IMG/VR virus record: IMGVR_UViG_3300032132_000001
Coordinates: 362,573-395,473 of that record
Strand: one strand, 5' to 3'
DNA length: 32,901 nt
Source of the DNA: a virus
The position numbers were made by a program, and so were the translations under genes. This document shows positions 24,039 to 32,598 of the stretch, piece after piece (the first letter of the stretch is position 1; every line of letters begins with the position of its first letter). The notes beneath the pieces are model-generated. The model worked only from the letters and a program-made list of their open reading frames with translations. It searched no databases and was not told the origin of the DNA.

Positions 24039-24811
24039 TTAGTTGCCGTGTCTACGATGGCTTCCCTAATCAGGGACCATCCTGAGAAGGTGGGATCGAT
24101 AACTCGGAAGTGGGAGCACTTCTCGATGACCAATGAGGAGACTTTGTCTCCCGCCTTCTCTGCTGCGACAGCATAGTCGAGGCACTGGTTCATCAGTCTG
24201 TCCTTGGAGCCAACTAGGACGAGCTGCTTCGCTCCTACCGGCAGCTGCTCCATAGGGGAGAGTACCGGATGCTTGCCGAAGAACTCTTCGATCTCGGGCT
24301 TCAGCCCTTCTAGGTTCTTCAGGTCGAGCGCGCCTGCTATCGTGATCACAGAGAACGGCGTGAAGGGGAGCGGGCGGTCAGCGAACTCTTCGCTCTGGTC
24401 GATAGCGCAGAGGCAGACCGCGAGATGCCCACCGGAGGAGTGACCGAGCAAGGACATTTTAGCCTTGTCTAGCTTCCACTCGTCCGCGTTAGCCAGAACG
24501 CAGTCGATCCCATCCAGCAGATCGATAAACGTACCTGGGTAACCACCGTCGATGTGGCCGAGGCGCTTGAACTCCAGGTTGCAGGAAGCGATCCCGTGCT
24601 TTACCAAATCGGCGCACAGGTACTCCATCTGCTTCGCCCTATAGGACGACTTCCACTTACCGCCGTGGATGGTTAGGAGTGTGGGGTGAGGTCCATCACC
24701 GCCGGGGACTCTGACAGTGATGGACTGGAACGGTTTCTTACCGTACTTGACCTTGTGGGTCGGTTCGTCAGGTGTGGTGTAAAAGACGTCGGGCAGTTTG
24801 AAGTAAGGCAT
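24035..24811 (-). CDS. alpha/beta-hydrolase fold esterase/lipase-type enzyme (Abhydrolase_3-like)
   Basis: Oxyanion-hole HGG motif (LTIHGGKW) and nucleophile elbow GHSSGGHL (GxSxG); C-terminal His-containing region; 258 aa. Confidence 0.7.
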   Translation of the reverse strand: MPYFKLPDVFYTTPDEPTHKVKYGKKPFQSITVRVPGGDGPHPTLLTIHGGKWKSSYRAKQMEYLCADLVKHGIASCNLEFKRLGHIDGGYPGTFIDLLDGIDCVLANADEWKLDKAKMSLLGHSSGGHLAVCLCAIDQSEEFADRPLPFTPFSVITIAGALDLKNLEGLKPEIEEFFGKHPVLSPMEQLPVGAKQLVLVGSKDRLMNQCLDYAVAAEKAGDKVSSLVIEKCSHFRVIDPTFSGWSLIREAIVDTATK

Positions 24812-25137
24812 TATTTCCCCAGAGGAACAGCTACCGGTCGTTTGGCGAGCCCGCGATGCTCAACGAGCAAAAGCGAGCCCCATTCGATGGGGAAATACAC
24901 GGCCTGATTCATTATTCGTACGTGAAACCGCTTTCCGTGCGATTCGGTGGACAAGATCTCGCTATCTTCTGCTGTTGCCGGGACCGCCCAGATTCCTTCC
25001 CCATTCCCTCTGACCCAGCTCTCTTCGTCGCCAGGAATGTTCACCTTGGTAGTTGGGAAGAGTTTATCTAGCCTAGTGATCTCGTCTTGGAGTTCTGCTC
25101 CGCCTGGTCCTGCCGCTTGGACTACGAATTCAGACAT
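24811..25137 (-). CDS. hypothetical protein (108 aa)
   Basis: ORF. Confidence 0.4.
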   Translation of the reverse strand: MSEFVVQAAGPGGAELQDEITRLDKLFPTTKVNIPGDEESWVRGNGEGIWAVPATAEDSEILSTESHGKRFHVRIMNQAVYFPIEWGSLLLVEHRGLAKRPVAVPLGK

Positions 25138-25414
25138 CAGCTTTCCTTTTCGTGTTTACTGTGACGGCTAAAGGAGCAAGGAAGAAGGTGTGTTTCTCTA
25201 CCATATCCTTGGTCGGCTCGAAACCAAGCGCCTCTTTAAGGGCGGCATATCTGCTGTATCCATCATACGGATAAGGATGGCCGTCTTCATCTACAGCAGC
25301 ATAGATGTGCAGTGGATCTTGCGCCGGGTCACATGTCGCAAGATATTGGGGATCTGCGCAGTCGCCTAGATTTACTAGGACAACGCTACCGATAGGGAGC
25401 ATATGCATTTTCAT
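25130..25414 (-). CDS. hypothetical protein (94 aa)
   Basis: ORF. Confidence 0.4.
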   Translation of the reverse strand: MKMHMLPIGSVVLVNLGDCADPQYLATCDPAQDPLHIYAAVDEDGHPYPYDGYSRYAALKEALGFEPTKDMVEKHTFFLAPLAVTVNTKRKADV

Positions 25415-25683
25415 TATGAATTCACCAACTCTGTGTTCCTACTCTTCCAGTTCTTGCGAAGTTCGGCTACTTTTTCAGGGTCGTGCTGGATTCCAAAAGA
25501 CTCAGGACCGCAGCGCCCACGGAAGACGACATAGTCATCGCCGATCACGCCCACCCGCCCTTTCTTCGACCTAACAACCTCTGTATTCCAGATCGATTTG
25601 TCTTCATCGTAAAAGTGAACGCTCGTTTGGGGGCGATCCTTCGCGAGCGTTTTCACGTGACTGAATGCGAGTTCTACGTACAT
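25414..25683 (-). CDS. hypothetical protein (89 aa)
   Basis: ORF. Confidence 0.4.
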   Translation of the reverse strand: MYVELAFSHVKTLAKDRPQTSVHFYDEDKSIWNTEVVRSKKGRVGVIGDDYVVFRGRCGPESFGIQHDPEKVAELRKNWKSRNTELVNS

Positions 25684-26324
25684 TATCGTCTCCAGAGGTG
25701 CTTGTGCATCGCTCCCATGGCAATGGGAACCGACTCAGGTTCATAGATGGCACTAAGGAAAGTCTTCATCCCGGTAACCATCATATCCTGGCAATCCATC
25801 AGTTGAGCCACACTTTCAATCAGATGCTCTACAAGATGTGGGTTACTGAGAGGGATGACGACTGATTCGCCTAGGAGGTCTGGTTCTCTATTGTCTCCAC
25901 GGCAGTGCTCCATGATCTCCATCATCTGGAAGATGCCAGGGCCACTGAGGTACAAGACAGCAGATCTTTCTGTGACGCTATTCTCTGCAGGATCTGGGTC
26001 TTCGACGTTTAGGTGGATGTGGGCTTCTAGGACGAGAGTCTCATCCTTTCGGTGGACCGTCACTCCCTTCGCCCATGATGCAGTGGGCTCTCGGAATTCG
26101 ATATCATCTCGCCAGTTGGTAAGTTCTGTTTTGAGATGTTCAAGTTCCTTTTCAAGCTCAGGCGGTGGTCCGATAACACCAACGATGGTGATGTCGTCGG
26201 GATCCAAGGCCAATGACATGCAGGCATATTCATAGAAGTTCTTTAGTGCTTCCTCACTAGAGCTGGCTTCTACGTGTTCTACTGCATTTCGATGAGATCG
26301 ATAATTGATCTTATATTGGGGCAT
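25683..26324 (-). CDS. hypothetical protein (213 aa)
   Basis: ORF. Confidence 0.45.
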   Translation of the reverse strand: MPQYKINYRSHRNAVEHVEASSSEEALKNFYEYACMSLALDPDDITIVGVIGPPPELEKELEHLKTELTNWRDDIEFREPTASWAKGVTVHRKDETLVLEAHIHLNVEDPDPAENSVTERSAVLYLSGPGIFQMMEIMEHCRGDNREPDLLGESVVIPLSNPHLVEHLIESVAQLMDCQDMMVTGMKTFLSAIYEPESVPIAMGAMHKHLWRR

Positions 26325-27157
26325 TATACCATCTTGAGGAAATCGTCGGGGCTGATGAGCTTCACCCCGTATGACCGTGCCTTATTGGCTTTGCTAGAAG
26401 TGCTGGTAGGATCGAGGATGATGAGGTAGTGGAGGTCCTTGCTGACACTCGACTTCACCTCTCCACCGTGCTGCTCGATCACGTCCGAGAGCCTGACACC
26501 GTTGTGGTTGCGAAGCCCAGTCATTGCGAAAGATTTACCAGCAAGAGGACCTTGCTGGATGAAGTCCATCACGTTGACCACCTTGGCGATTTTGTCCACC
26601 ATCGCCTGGCGTCGGTCTAGCCCTGCGCGGATCGCTTTAGCCTTCGTCTTGATGCCCTGGATGGAGGCGATGTCAGAGGTGGAGGATGCCATCACTGCGT
26701 CGAGTGTGCCAAACTCCTTGGCCAGCTTCTTGCCGTTGGTGCGTCCCAGGCCGATGAGGTTGAGGCCGGTGAGGAACGTCGCCAGCTTCATCTTCTTGGT
26801 TGCTTGGACGTTGTTGTACAGCTTGTCGCCGTTCTTCTGCGAGTTGCACGCCTTGGCGAAGATGTCAGCTGTCGCGGTGTACAGCCCGGCAGGGGTAGTG
26901 ATGCCCTCGGTGATCAGGCCCCGGACGACCCGCTGGCCCAGGCCCCGGATCTCGTGCGCCCGTACCCAATTCATGATGAGCCCGAAGGTCGCACCGGAGC
27001 AGTCCAGGTTGGGGCAGATGAGGTGGCGGGACTTGGTGCCGTCCACGTTCACCTCAAATTCTAGCCTAGTCTTGCAGTTGGGGCATTTGCCACTGAACCC
27101 GATATTGGGCACCTTTTTCTTCCCGCAGGTGCAGACAGGTACGGTTGCAGTTGTCAT
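26324..27157 (-). CDS. NAD-dependent DNA ligase (LigA) C-terminal module only: Zn-finger + HhH + BRCT, no adenylation/OB domains
   Basis: CPNCKTRLEFEVNVDGTKSRHLICPNLDC (Cys4 Zn finger), IMNWVRAHEIRGLGQRVVRGLITEGITTPAGLYTATADIF and LATFLTGLNLIGLGRTNGKKLAKEFGTLDAV (HhH repeats), LAGKSFAMTGLRNHNGVRLSDVIEQHGGEVKSSVSKDLHYLII (BRCT) align with E. coli LigA residues ~400-671. Confidence 0.8.
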   Translation of the reverse strand: MTTATVPVCTCGKKKVPNIGFSGKCPNCKTRLEFEVNVDGTKSRHLICPNLDCSGATFGLIMNWVRAHEIRGLGQRVVRGLITEGITTPAGLYTATADIFAKACNSQKNGDKLYNNVQATKKMKLATFLTGLNLIGLGRTNGKKLAKEFGTLDAVMASSTSDIASIQGIKTKAKAIRAGLDRRQAMVDKIAKVVNVMDFIQQGPLAGKSFAMTGLRNHNGVRLSDVIEQHGGEVKSSVSKDLHYLIILDPTSTSSKANKARSYGVKLISPDDFLKMV

Positions 27158-27438
27158 TTCACCCTCTCTAGTTTGAGCTTGTAGATTCTACGGCCGGGAA
27201 CGATGAAGAGATCTCCATCTATGCCACCTCGTTGTAAGTGGAGGTTCCCGTTTTGGAATGCTTTCGCCATATGAATACCATGAGACCCAGGGCATTGGTC
27301 GATGCAACCGGATTCTTTGAGAATCATGATTGCAGTGCGTAAGAATGCTTCTTCCGCATCTGCCCACGTGGCTTCGACAGCCGGGTCTGGTCTTAGGAGA
27401 CCACCCATAGACTGCTTGTCCCGAGTGAAGTTGTCCAT
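27154..27438 (-). CDS. hypothetical protein (94 aa); C-terminus faintly resembles last strands of LigA OB domain
   Basis: AFQNGNLHLQRGGIDGDLFIVPGRRI vs LigA [30 protein letters not shown]; weak. Confidence 0.35.
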   Translation of the reverse strand: MDNFTRDKQSMGGLLRPDPAVEATWADAEEAFLRTAIMILKESGCIDQCPGSHGIHMAKAFQNGNLHLQRGGIDGDLFIVPGRRIYKLKLERVK

Positions 27439-27439
27439 G

Positions 27440-27625
27440 TTACCTCAGCTTGTGCTTGATATCGAGACAGTAGAGGAAGCCGCCCTTCAAGAAGATGACC
27501 GGCCAGCATAGAAGCTTGACTGCCATCACCTTGAACGATTCGCTCCATGAATCTTCATGTCTGGTGATAGAGCTGGTGACGAAGATCCCCAGCCCTATTA
27601 GATAGATGGTTAGGATGTAATACAT
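27440..27625 (-). CDS. small hydrophobic protein (61 aa)
   Basis: Two hydrophobic segments; ORF fills gap between coupled genes. Confidence 0.35.
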   Translation of the reverse strand: MYYILTIYLIGLGIFVTSSITRHEDSWSESFKVMAVKLLCWPVIFLKGGFLYCLDIKHKLR

Positions 27626-27903
27626 CAGTAGAACCTCGGTTCTGCTGGGTTTCGGAGAGAGGATCTGTCGATGATGTTGTACTCATAGTCGGGACCACTC
27701 TGACCACCGTTCTCGTCGGCGTCGAGAATTATGTAATTCCCGGTTGATTCGTCTAGTTCCTTGGTGGCAACCTGCCAGACGTTGAAATCATCTACAACCA
27801 CGTCACCAATCTTTAGATCCTTGGTCTTGATACTAACTTGATTCAGGAGACCAGCTAGGTCTGTAGATCGAGTGTGATTGATGGTCATTAGGGTTTCAGA
27901 CAT
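27625..27903 (-). CDS. hypothetical protein (92 aa)
   Basis: ORF; start immediately follows repeated 20-mer motif. Confidence 0.4.
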   Translation of the reverse strand: MSETLMTINHTRSTDLAGLLNQVSIKTKDLKIGDVVVDDFNVWQVATKELDESTGNYIILDADENGGQSGPDYEYNIIDRSSLRNPAEPRFY

Positions 27904-27923
27904 ATTCTACCCAACGTGCCACG
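27904..27923 (-). promoter_or_regulatory. 20-nt motif CGTGGCACGTTGGGTAGAAT (minus strand), copy 1
   Basis: 18/20 identical to copy at 32597-32616; both lie 3-6 nt after a minus-strand stop codon; contains -10-like hexamer. Confidence 0.3.
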
Positions 27924-27926
27924 GGA

Positions 27927-28118
27927 TTAGTTGAAGTACAGTACATCCTTGATTGGTGTTCGTTCCTTATTTGCTGTTACGGATTCCACAAACTTCGTGG
28001 CCGCATCGCGCAACATCAGATTGATACCTTTGATGTCGCCTTCGGTGTCGATATCGACACCATATTCTGCTTCGTCCTCTCCCTCTTTGGAAAGGGTCAA
28101 GTGAAGTGTATATTGCAC
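27927..28118 (-). CDS. hypothetical protein (63 aa)
   Basis: ORF. Confidence 0.35.
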   Translation of the reverse strand: MQYTLHLTLSKEGEDEAEYGVDIDTEGDIKGINLMLRDAATKFVESVTANKERTPIKDVLYFN

Positions 28119-28119
28119 G

Positions 28120-28419
28120 TTATTCTCCCAACTTTAGGGAGTCAAGAGGGACCCCCTCTTCTCCATCGTCGTTCATGATGAGGTAGGCTGCGATAAGCTC
28201 TTCAAGCTTAGGCTCCTGATCGTGATAGACGGCGAAGGCCCTCACCGCACCAGGAGCCTCTGGGTCGATGTCCTCAGGCATTCTTCGCATCACGAACTTC
28301 TCACCGATTTTGGCGTCGAACACCATACGACAGATAGCTTCTCTGTCTTCATAAGCCTCTGAGTCATCCCAGAGGAAGAGGATGCTTTTGATCATTATAG
28401 GCTCGCGATGTAAAAACAC
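28120..28419 (-). CDS. hypothetical protein (99 aa)
   Basis: ORF. Confidence 0.4.
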   Translation of the reverse strand: MFLHREPIMIKSILFLWDDSEAYEDREAICRMVFDAKIGEKFVMRRMPEDIDPEAPGAVRAFAVYHDQEPKLEELIAAYLIMNDDGEEGVPLDSLKLGE

Positions 28420-28628
28420 AACCCGCTGATGATGACCAGCATGGCTGAGAAGACCTTTAGACCGACCTCGACGAAAGGTCCACCGAAGGCTGCAGCGAGT
28501 GCAGGAAACGGGTTGGGGCCGTGGCTGGCAGAAGTATCCTTCAGAAGCCCCTCAGCGAAGTTGATAGAAGCGATGAAAGATACCACCGCCAAGATGGCGC
28601 ATAGTGCGCCGATGATTGTAAATACCAT
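28395..28628 (-). CDS. small membrane protein (2 TM, 77 aa)
   Basis: MVFTIIGALCAILAVVSFIASI and FSAMLVIISGLCFYIASL hydrophobic helices. Confidence 0.45.
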   Translation of the reverse strand: MVFTIIGALCAILAVVSFIASINFAEGLLKDTSASHGPNPFPALAAAFGGPFVEVGLKVFSAMLVIISGLCFYIASL

Positions 28629-28637
28629 TGTCCTTTC

Positions 28638-29054
28638 CTAATCGAAAAACGCTCTGGGGTTGATACCCATCTTGCGGGCAACCCAGTCTCGTTTTCTCTC
28701 TAAACCATCGATTGCTTCTTTCGCGTCGAGGCGCGTGAAGTCGCCGTCCAGATCGTATCCAATACGCTCTTTGATAACGGCCTTCAACTCCGCGTCGTCG
28801 CTCAGAGTTTGGAAGTATAAGTTGCCTTTCTTGGCGAGCTGTAGCACCAGCCGTTTTTGCTTGTTTGTCGCTGGGATCGTGTCCAGCAACTCGTTGATGA
28901 TCTTAGATGCTTGTTTCATCCCCAGCTTCTTGAAGTCTAGCTCGTACTTCTCTTCAAGCTTGGGAATGTTATCCTCATCTTCTTCATCATATTGGGGGGA
29001 GAGGAAACAGAGGGAGAGGATGTACTCCCTCTGTTTCTGAGTGGCAAATCTCAT
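28638..29054 (-). CDS. hypothetical protein (138 aa)
   Basis: ORF. Confidence 0.45.
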   Translation of the reverse strand: MRFATQKQREYILSLCFLSPQYDEEDEDNIPKLEEKYELDFKKLGMKQASKIINELLDTIPATNKQKRLVLQLAKKGNLYFQTLSDDAELKAVIKERIGYDLDGDFTRLDAKEAIDGLERKRDWVARKMGINPRAFFD

Positions 29055-29473
29055 TGGACGATTTTATCCAGCTCTGTGCGCCCCTTGGACAGGAGGCTAG
29101 CCTTCTTTTTCCTGATCTCCCTCATCTGCGCTACAAAATGGAGCCTGTCTGCTTCGTACTTCTCAAGCTCTTCGATCTTGTCCAGCATTTGTTCGATGGC
29201 TGGTACGATCGAGTCGATCTTAACAATGTAGTTCAGAGGAGTGATCTCTTGTAGTCTGGGATAGATGGTGATTTTTACACAGCCCTTGGGATGATAGGGG
29301 CTGACATAGTTGATGGCGATCCATTTGCCATATAATGGATCTTGATCTGTCTCTAGAACCAATTTGGGGTTGAGACAGATCCCTATGCTTGGGTCTGTTG
29401 GACCAAGATCCCAGATAGGCCACCTTTCCATGATGGCCTGGTGAATTCTTTCTCCTAGTTCATTCTTGCTCAT
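29051..29473 (-). CDS. hypothetical protein (140 aa)
   Basis: ORF, ATGA coupling. Confidence 0.45.
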   Translation of the reverse strand: MSKNELGERIHQAIMERWPIWDLGPTDPSIGICLNPKLVLETDQDPLYGKWIAINYVSPYHPKGCVKITIYPRLQEITPLNYIVKIDSIVPAIEQMLDKIEELEKYEADRLHFVAQMREIRKKKASLLSKGRTELDKIVQ

Positions 29474-29853
29474 GAGTATTCGTGGTAGTGGGGCTTCTTG
29501 CCAATCTCCGCAGCGATCTCAACGACCTCAGCGGGGATAGAGACCCTTTGGCGCAAACCAAACCCGATCCAGCCCTCTCCAACATCAACGGCCCACTTAG
29601 CTAGACCACCGTGCGGATCGAGCACTCCCTGAAGCCAATAGAAAGGCTCAAATAGGGTACTCCTATCGCCTTTATCCCAGGGTTCTTCAGCCCGTTCCCG
29701 CCAAGCTTTCTCTATATCATGACCTTCTAGCTTCTCTGGGCAGGTCTTATCGATGAGCGCGAGAATCTCATCAAGGATCTTACGCGCATGTTCAAGGGTG
29801 TAAGGATCACCGAGACCCAAACCCCAACTCCAACCGAATCGTCCGTTACTCAT
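29470..29853 (-). CDS. hypothetical protein (127 aa)
   Basis: ORF, ATGA coupling both sides. Confidence 0.45.
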   Translation of the reverse strand: MSNGRFGWSWGLGLGDPYTLEHARKILDEILALIDKTCPEKLEGHDIEKAWRERAEEPWDKGDRSTLFEPFYWLQGVLDPHGGLAKWAVDVGEGWIGFGLRQRVSIPAEVVEIAAEIGKKPHYHEYS

Positions 29854-30032
29854 TTTCCCTGCTGTTGTCTAAGGAGGTAGCACCCGAACGGCTTACCAAT
29901 GATTGACGTGATAGTCTGACACGTCTGGCACGGTCTAGTGCTCCATTGGTGCGGGTCTGCCTGCAAGAGCTGGAGCACAGGCTCTATGATCACATATGCT
30001 GCAGCTTGGATTATTTCTTTAGGTTCCGTCAC
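29850..30032 (-). CDS. possible small protein (60 aa, GTG start)
   Basis: Fills 165-nt gap; ATGA coupling to downstream gene but no SD and GTG start. Confidence 0.25.
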   Translation of the reverse strand: MTEPKEIIQAAAYVIIEPVLQLLQADPHQWSTRPCQTCQTITSIIGKPFGCYLLRQQQGK

Positions 30033-30540
30033 CAGTCACCAGTGTTTTGATCTTGCCGTAGCACGGCTTACAGATCACGCTATCGCGCTGATCTGGCTGT
30101 ACGACTCGTTTCCATTCTTCATCCGGGACATGGAACATCTCTGGATAGGTCGTACCGCACCGGGCACAATGGAATGGATAGATGATGTAGGGGATGGCAC
30201 CCTTTTCCTCTAGATGCCCAAACCACTCTTCATTCTGTTCGTCGGAGAGTCCACCTTCATAGACTTCCTTGGGGAGGCCCCAGGTTGGGTCATCGGTGAA
30301 CGGTTTGTAGGTGTCAGGGTAGAAGAACTTATACCTACACCCGCAAGAGATAAGTTGCCCACCACAGAACGGGCATTTCTCCATGTCACAACCGGGCATG
30401 TGAATCTCACCCTCGTTCACCCCACAGTCATGGCAGGTGCGGAGATCACAGATTTGGTTGATGATCTCCTGCTTTCTGGTCTGTAGTTCCATCAGCTCCT
30501 TGTCGAGGAGCTTCCTTCGTTCCTTGATCGCTTCGGTCAC
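30019..30540 (-). CDS. Cys-rich putative zinc-binding protein (~173 aa)
   Basis: CHDCG...[22 protein letters not shown] and HCARCG...CKPC clusters; GTG30540 start overlaps upstream stop (GTGA) with SD GAGGGGG; track start ATG30555. Confidence 0.5.
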   Translation of the reverse strand: MTEAIKERRKLLDKELMELQTRKQEIINQICDLRTCHDCGVNEGEIHMPGCDMEKCPFCGGQLISCGCRYKFFYPDTYKPFTDDPTWGLPKEVYEGGLSDEQNEEWFGHLEEKGAIPYIIYPFHCARCGTTYPEMFHVPDEEWKRVVQPDQRDSVICKPCYGKIKTLVTGDGT

Positions 30541-30743
30541 TTGGCCCCCTCGCACATGTTAGCCTGGGCGATTTCACGTGTGGCGTCTGCCAGCGCGGAC
30601 AACAGGACCGCATCGAAGGTGAAATCTTCACCTTGGTTGAAGGTCCCATTTCTATAGCCGTTTTTCATGCGATCGTAATCTTCGTTGCACACGGTCATGA
30701 TGCGTTCCTTGACTCGTGCGACTTCATCTCGGAATTCAGACAT
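30537..30743 (-). CDS. hypothetical protein (68 aa)
   Basis: TAATG overlap with upstream gene. Confidence 0.4.
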   Translation of the reverse strand: MSEFRDEVARVKERIMTVCNEDYDRMKNGYRNGTFNQGEDFTFDAVLLSALADATREIAQANMCEGAK

Positions 30744-31123
30744 TAATTTTCTACCGTGACTATCGTTCCGCCTTTCACTACCACGCGGAATCCATTACCA
30801 GAGGGGAATTTGCCGTCTGACCCCAACTGTTCATACACTTCCTTGATTTTATCGGTGAGGATCTTGCTCCTTACTTCTTGGAGATCGAGCCCTTCGACCC
30901 GTACCAGATATCGGAGGATAGCGTGTTCTGAGATGACGAGGCCCTTAGCTTGCCTCTTTAGTGTCTCGATCTGCTTCTTGGTCTTCTCTAGCTCTGCTGC
31001 TTTCTCTCGGAGCGCTCGTTCCTTCTCGTTCAGCGCCCTCTTCTGCTCCTTTACTTCGGTCTCTGCCTCCCTTTTGCGAACTTCTAGTCTCTTCAATCGT
31101 GCTGCCCTGTCTCGGTCGCTCAT
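30743..31123 (-). CDS. coiled-coil protein (K/E/R-rich N-terminal 60 aa)
   Basis: MSDRDRAARLKRLEVRKREAETEVKEQKRALNEKERALREKAAELEKTKKQIETLKRQ; SD AAGGA upstream. Confidence 0.5.
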   Translation of the reverse strand: MSDRDRAARLKRLEVRKREAETEVKEQKRALNEKERALREKAAELEKTKKQIETLKRQAKGLVISEHAILRYLVRVEGLDLQEVRSKILTDKIKEVYEQLGSDGKFPSGNGFRVVVKGGTIVTVEN

Positions 31124-31382
31124 CGGAGCATCCTTCTAGCTGGATTAGCTTGGCATTTGCGGCTTCGTATTTCTCCTTCCATTCCCAGCATTCCGTTGCG
31201 AGTTTCTCACAACGCCATTCCAGGTCTATTAGTCGGCGAACCTGCTCGCTCTCTTCTTGTGCGAGCCTCACATACCACTCAAGCCGATTGATGTGGTCAG
31301 ATAATTCGTCTAGCCGGTCTTGGCTAACGGCAACGGTTGTTGGCTTTGTCGGATTTTCCATAGGATCGCGTGCCATACCCAT
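30945..31382 (-). CDS. hypothetical protein; C-terminal 60 aa overlap the coiled-coil gene in another frame
   Basis: N-terminal 88 aa look protein-like (W/C-containing), remainder is low-complexity mirror of overlapping frame. Confidence 0.35.
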   Translation of the reverse strand: MGMARDPMENPTKPTTVAVSQDRLDELSDHINRLEWYVRLAQEESEQVRRLIDLEWRCEKLATECWEWKEKYEAANAKLIQLEGCSDERPRQGSTIEETRSSQKGGRDRSKGAEEGAEREGTSAPRESSRAREDQEADRDTKEAS

Positions 31383-31427
31383 GCGGGAGGGGTAAACTCG
31401 CAGCGTTTACAGTATTCTTCGATTCGT

Positions 31428-32495
31428 TTATCGGCCGAACCATTTGTTAAAGATTCTGTCGTATGTCCCATTTTCTTCGATCTCCAGTAGTGCAAGATTG
31501 ATCCGTTCGCGGAGATCGGAGCCGTTTGGCATCATCATTCCATAGTACTCATAGTGGAAGATCTCCCCGATTTGGATCACTTTGCCGGAAGGGTTGTTGT
31601 TGACGTAGTAGTCAATGGAGGGTACGTCGAAGACTACAGCCTCGACTTTCCCTAGCTCAAGAAGCGCGTACGCCTCTTCGATTTTGGCGACTTCCATCAG
31701 GTGCCCGCCATACTCGCGTACGGCTTTAGCGCTTGTGGTGCCTGCCTTGGTTGCAACGAGAGCGCCCTTTAGGTCCTTGGGCGACTTGATCTTGTAATTG
31801 ACCTTGCTAACTGTGTAGTCGGCGCTTAGTTTGGCAATGAAGAGGCCAAAGACGATGATGCCGACTATGATGAGTAGCGATGTGCAGAATTTACCGAGTG
31901 GTTTCTTTGGTGTGATGTCACCATAACCCACGGTAGATGATGTCACGATGCAGAAGTAGATGGCTTGCCATATGCCAACTGTATACTGGTCGTCAATTGC
32001 ATTCTCGCCACGCTCCGAGAAGTACATGATGTGAGCTACCAGTAAGATAAAACCGATGAAGAGCAGTAATGGTTCAATGTAATTCCAATACTGTATTTCT
32101 TGGTTCGGCTCTTTCTTCTGCACCAGGATCCTCAACCCTGCATCCAGGTATCTGTGGGAGAAATCGTAATCTTTCTCTCTTTCCCCATTGATGGTGATCC
32201 CAGCAACAGCTAGTTGACCATCAATCCCATTGACTTTGTTGAATATGTCTTTGAAATTCTGAGCTTCCACATATTCAAACTCGATACCAGCCTGTTTGGC
32301 TACAGCTTCCCAGATGTCGATATCGAATCCGGTGTACTTGCCGTCGATCTTCATCACGCAAGGCTTGAACTCGTGCACCACGACCTTGACTGGATCAGCG
32401 CACGCATCCACTGCGAAGAAGAGAAAGAAGGCGATCAGGACGATAATCAACACAGCCCTAATTTGCCCAGCTACCTCAGTGATTTTAGGTTCCAT
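31428..32495 (-). CDS. GluR0-type prokaryotic ionotropic glutamate-receptor-like, ligand-gated potassium channel (SBP lobe S1 - M1 - pore TVGYGD - M2 - SBP lobe S2)
   Basis: Exact K+ selectivity filter TSSTVGYGDITP preceded by pore helix IWQAIYFCIV and flanked by TM helices LLLFIGFILLVAHIMYF and LIIVGIIVFGLFIA; N- and C-terminal regions have family-3 periplasmic solute-binding fold features (KVVVHEFKP..GFDIDIW; ALVATKAGTTSAKAV); signal peptide; SD AAGGAAAGG. Confidence 0.8.
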   Translation of the reverse strand: MEPKITEVAGQIRAVLIIVLIAFFLFFAVDACADPVKVVVHEFKPCVMKIDGKYTGFDIDIWEAVAKQAGIEFEYVEAQNFKDIFNKVNGIDGQLAVAGITINGEREKDYDFSHRYLDAGLRILVQKKEPNQEIQYWNYIEPLLLFIGFILLVAHIMYFSERGENAIDDQYTVGIWQAIYFCIVTSSTVGYGDITPKKPLGKFCTSLLIIVGIIVFGLFIAKLSADYTVSKVNYKIKSPKDLKGALVATKAGTTSAKAVREYGGHLMEVAKIEEAYALLELGKVEAVVFDVPSIDYYVNNNPSGKVIQIGEIFHYEYYGMMMPNGSDLRERINLALLEIEENGTYDRIFNKWFGR

Positions 32496-32571
32496 GCCTT
32501 TCCTTACCCAGCCTTATCTTACCAGGCCGCACCCTTGCACACCCTAGAATGCCATACCCTGATCTATAGAA

Positions 32572-32598
32572 ATGGGCCGCCCAAGAAGGGCGACCCAT
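32572..32598 (-). terminator. hairpin ATGGGCCGCCC-aagaa-GGGCGACCCAT (10/11 bp) downstream of partial gene
   Basis: Inverted repeat in 127-nt intergenic region; followed by TTCTATAG on minus strand. Confidence 0.35.

Noticed and set aside
27907-27923. Sigma-54 promoter (TGGCAC-N5-TTGC) reading of the repeated motif
   Set aside because: The -24 half GTGGCACG is present, but the -12 element at the correct spacing is GTAG/GTAT, not TTGC.
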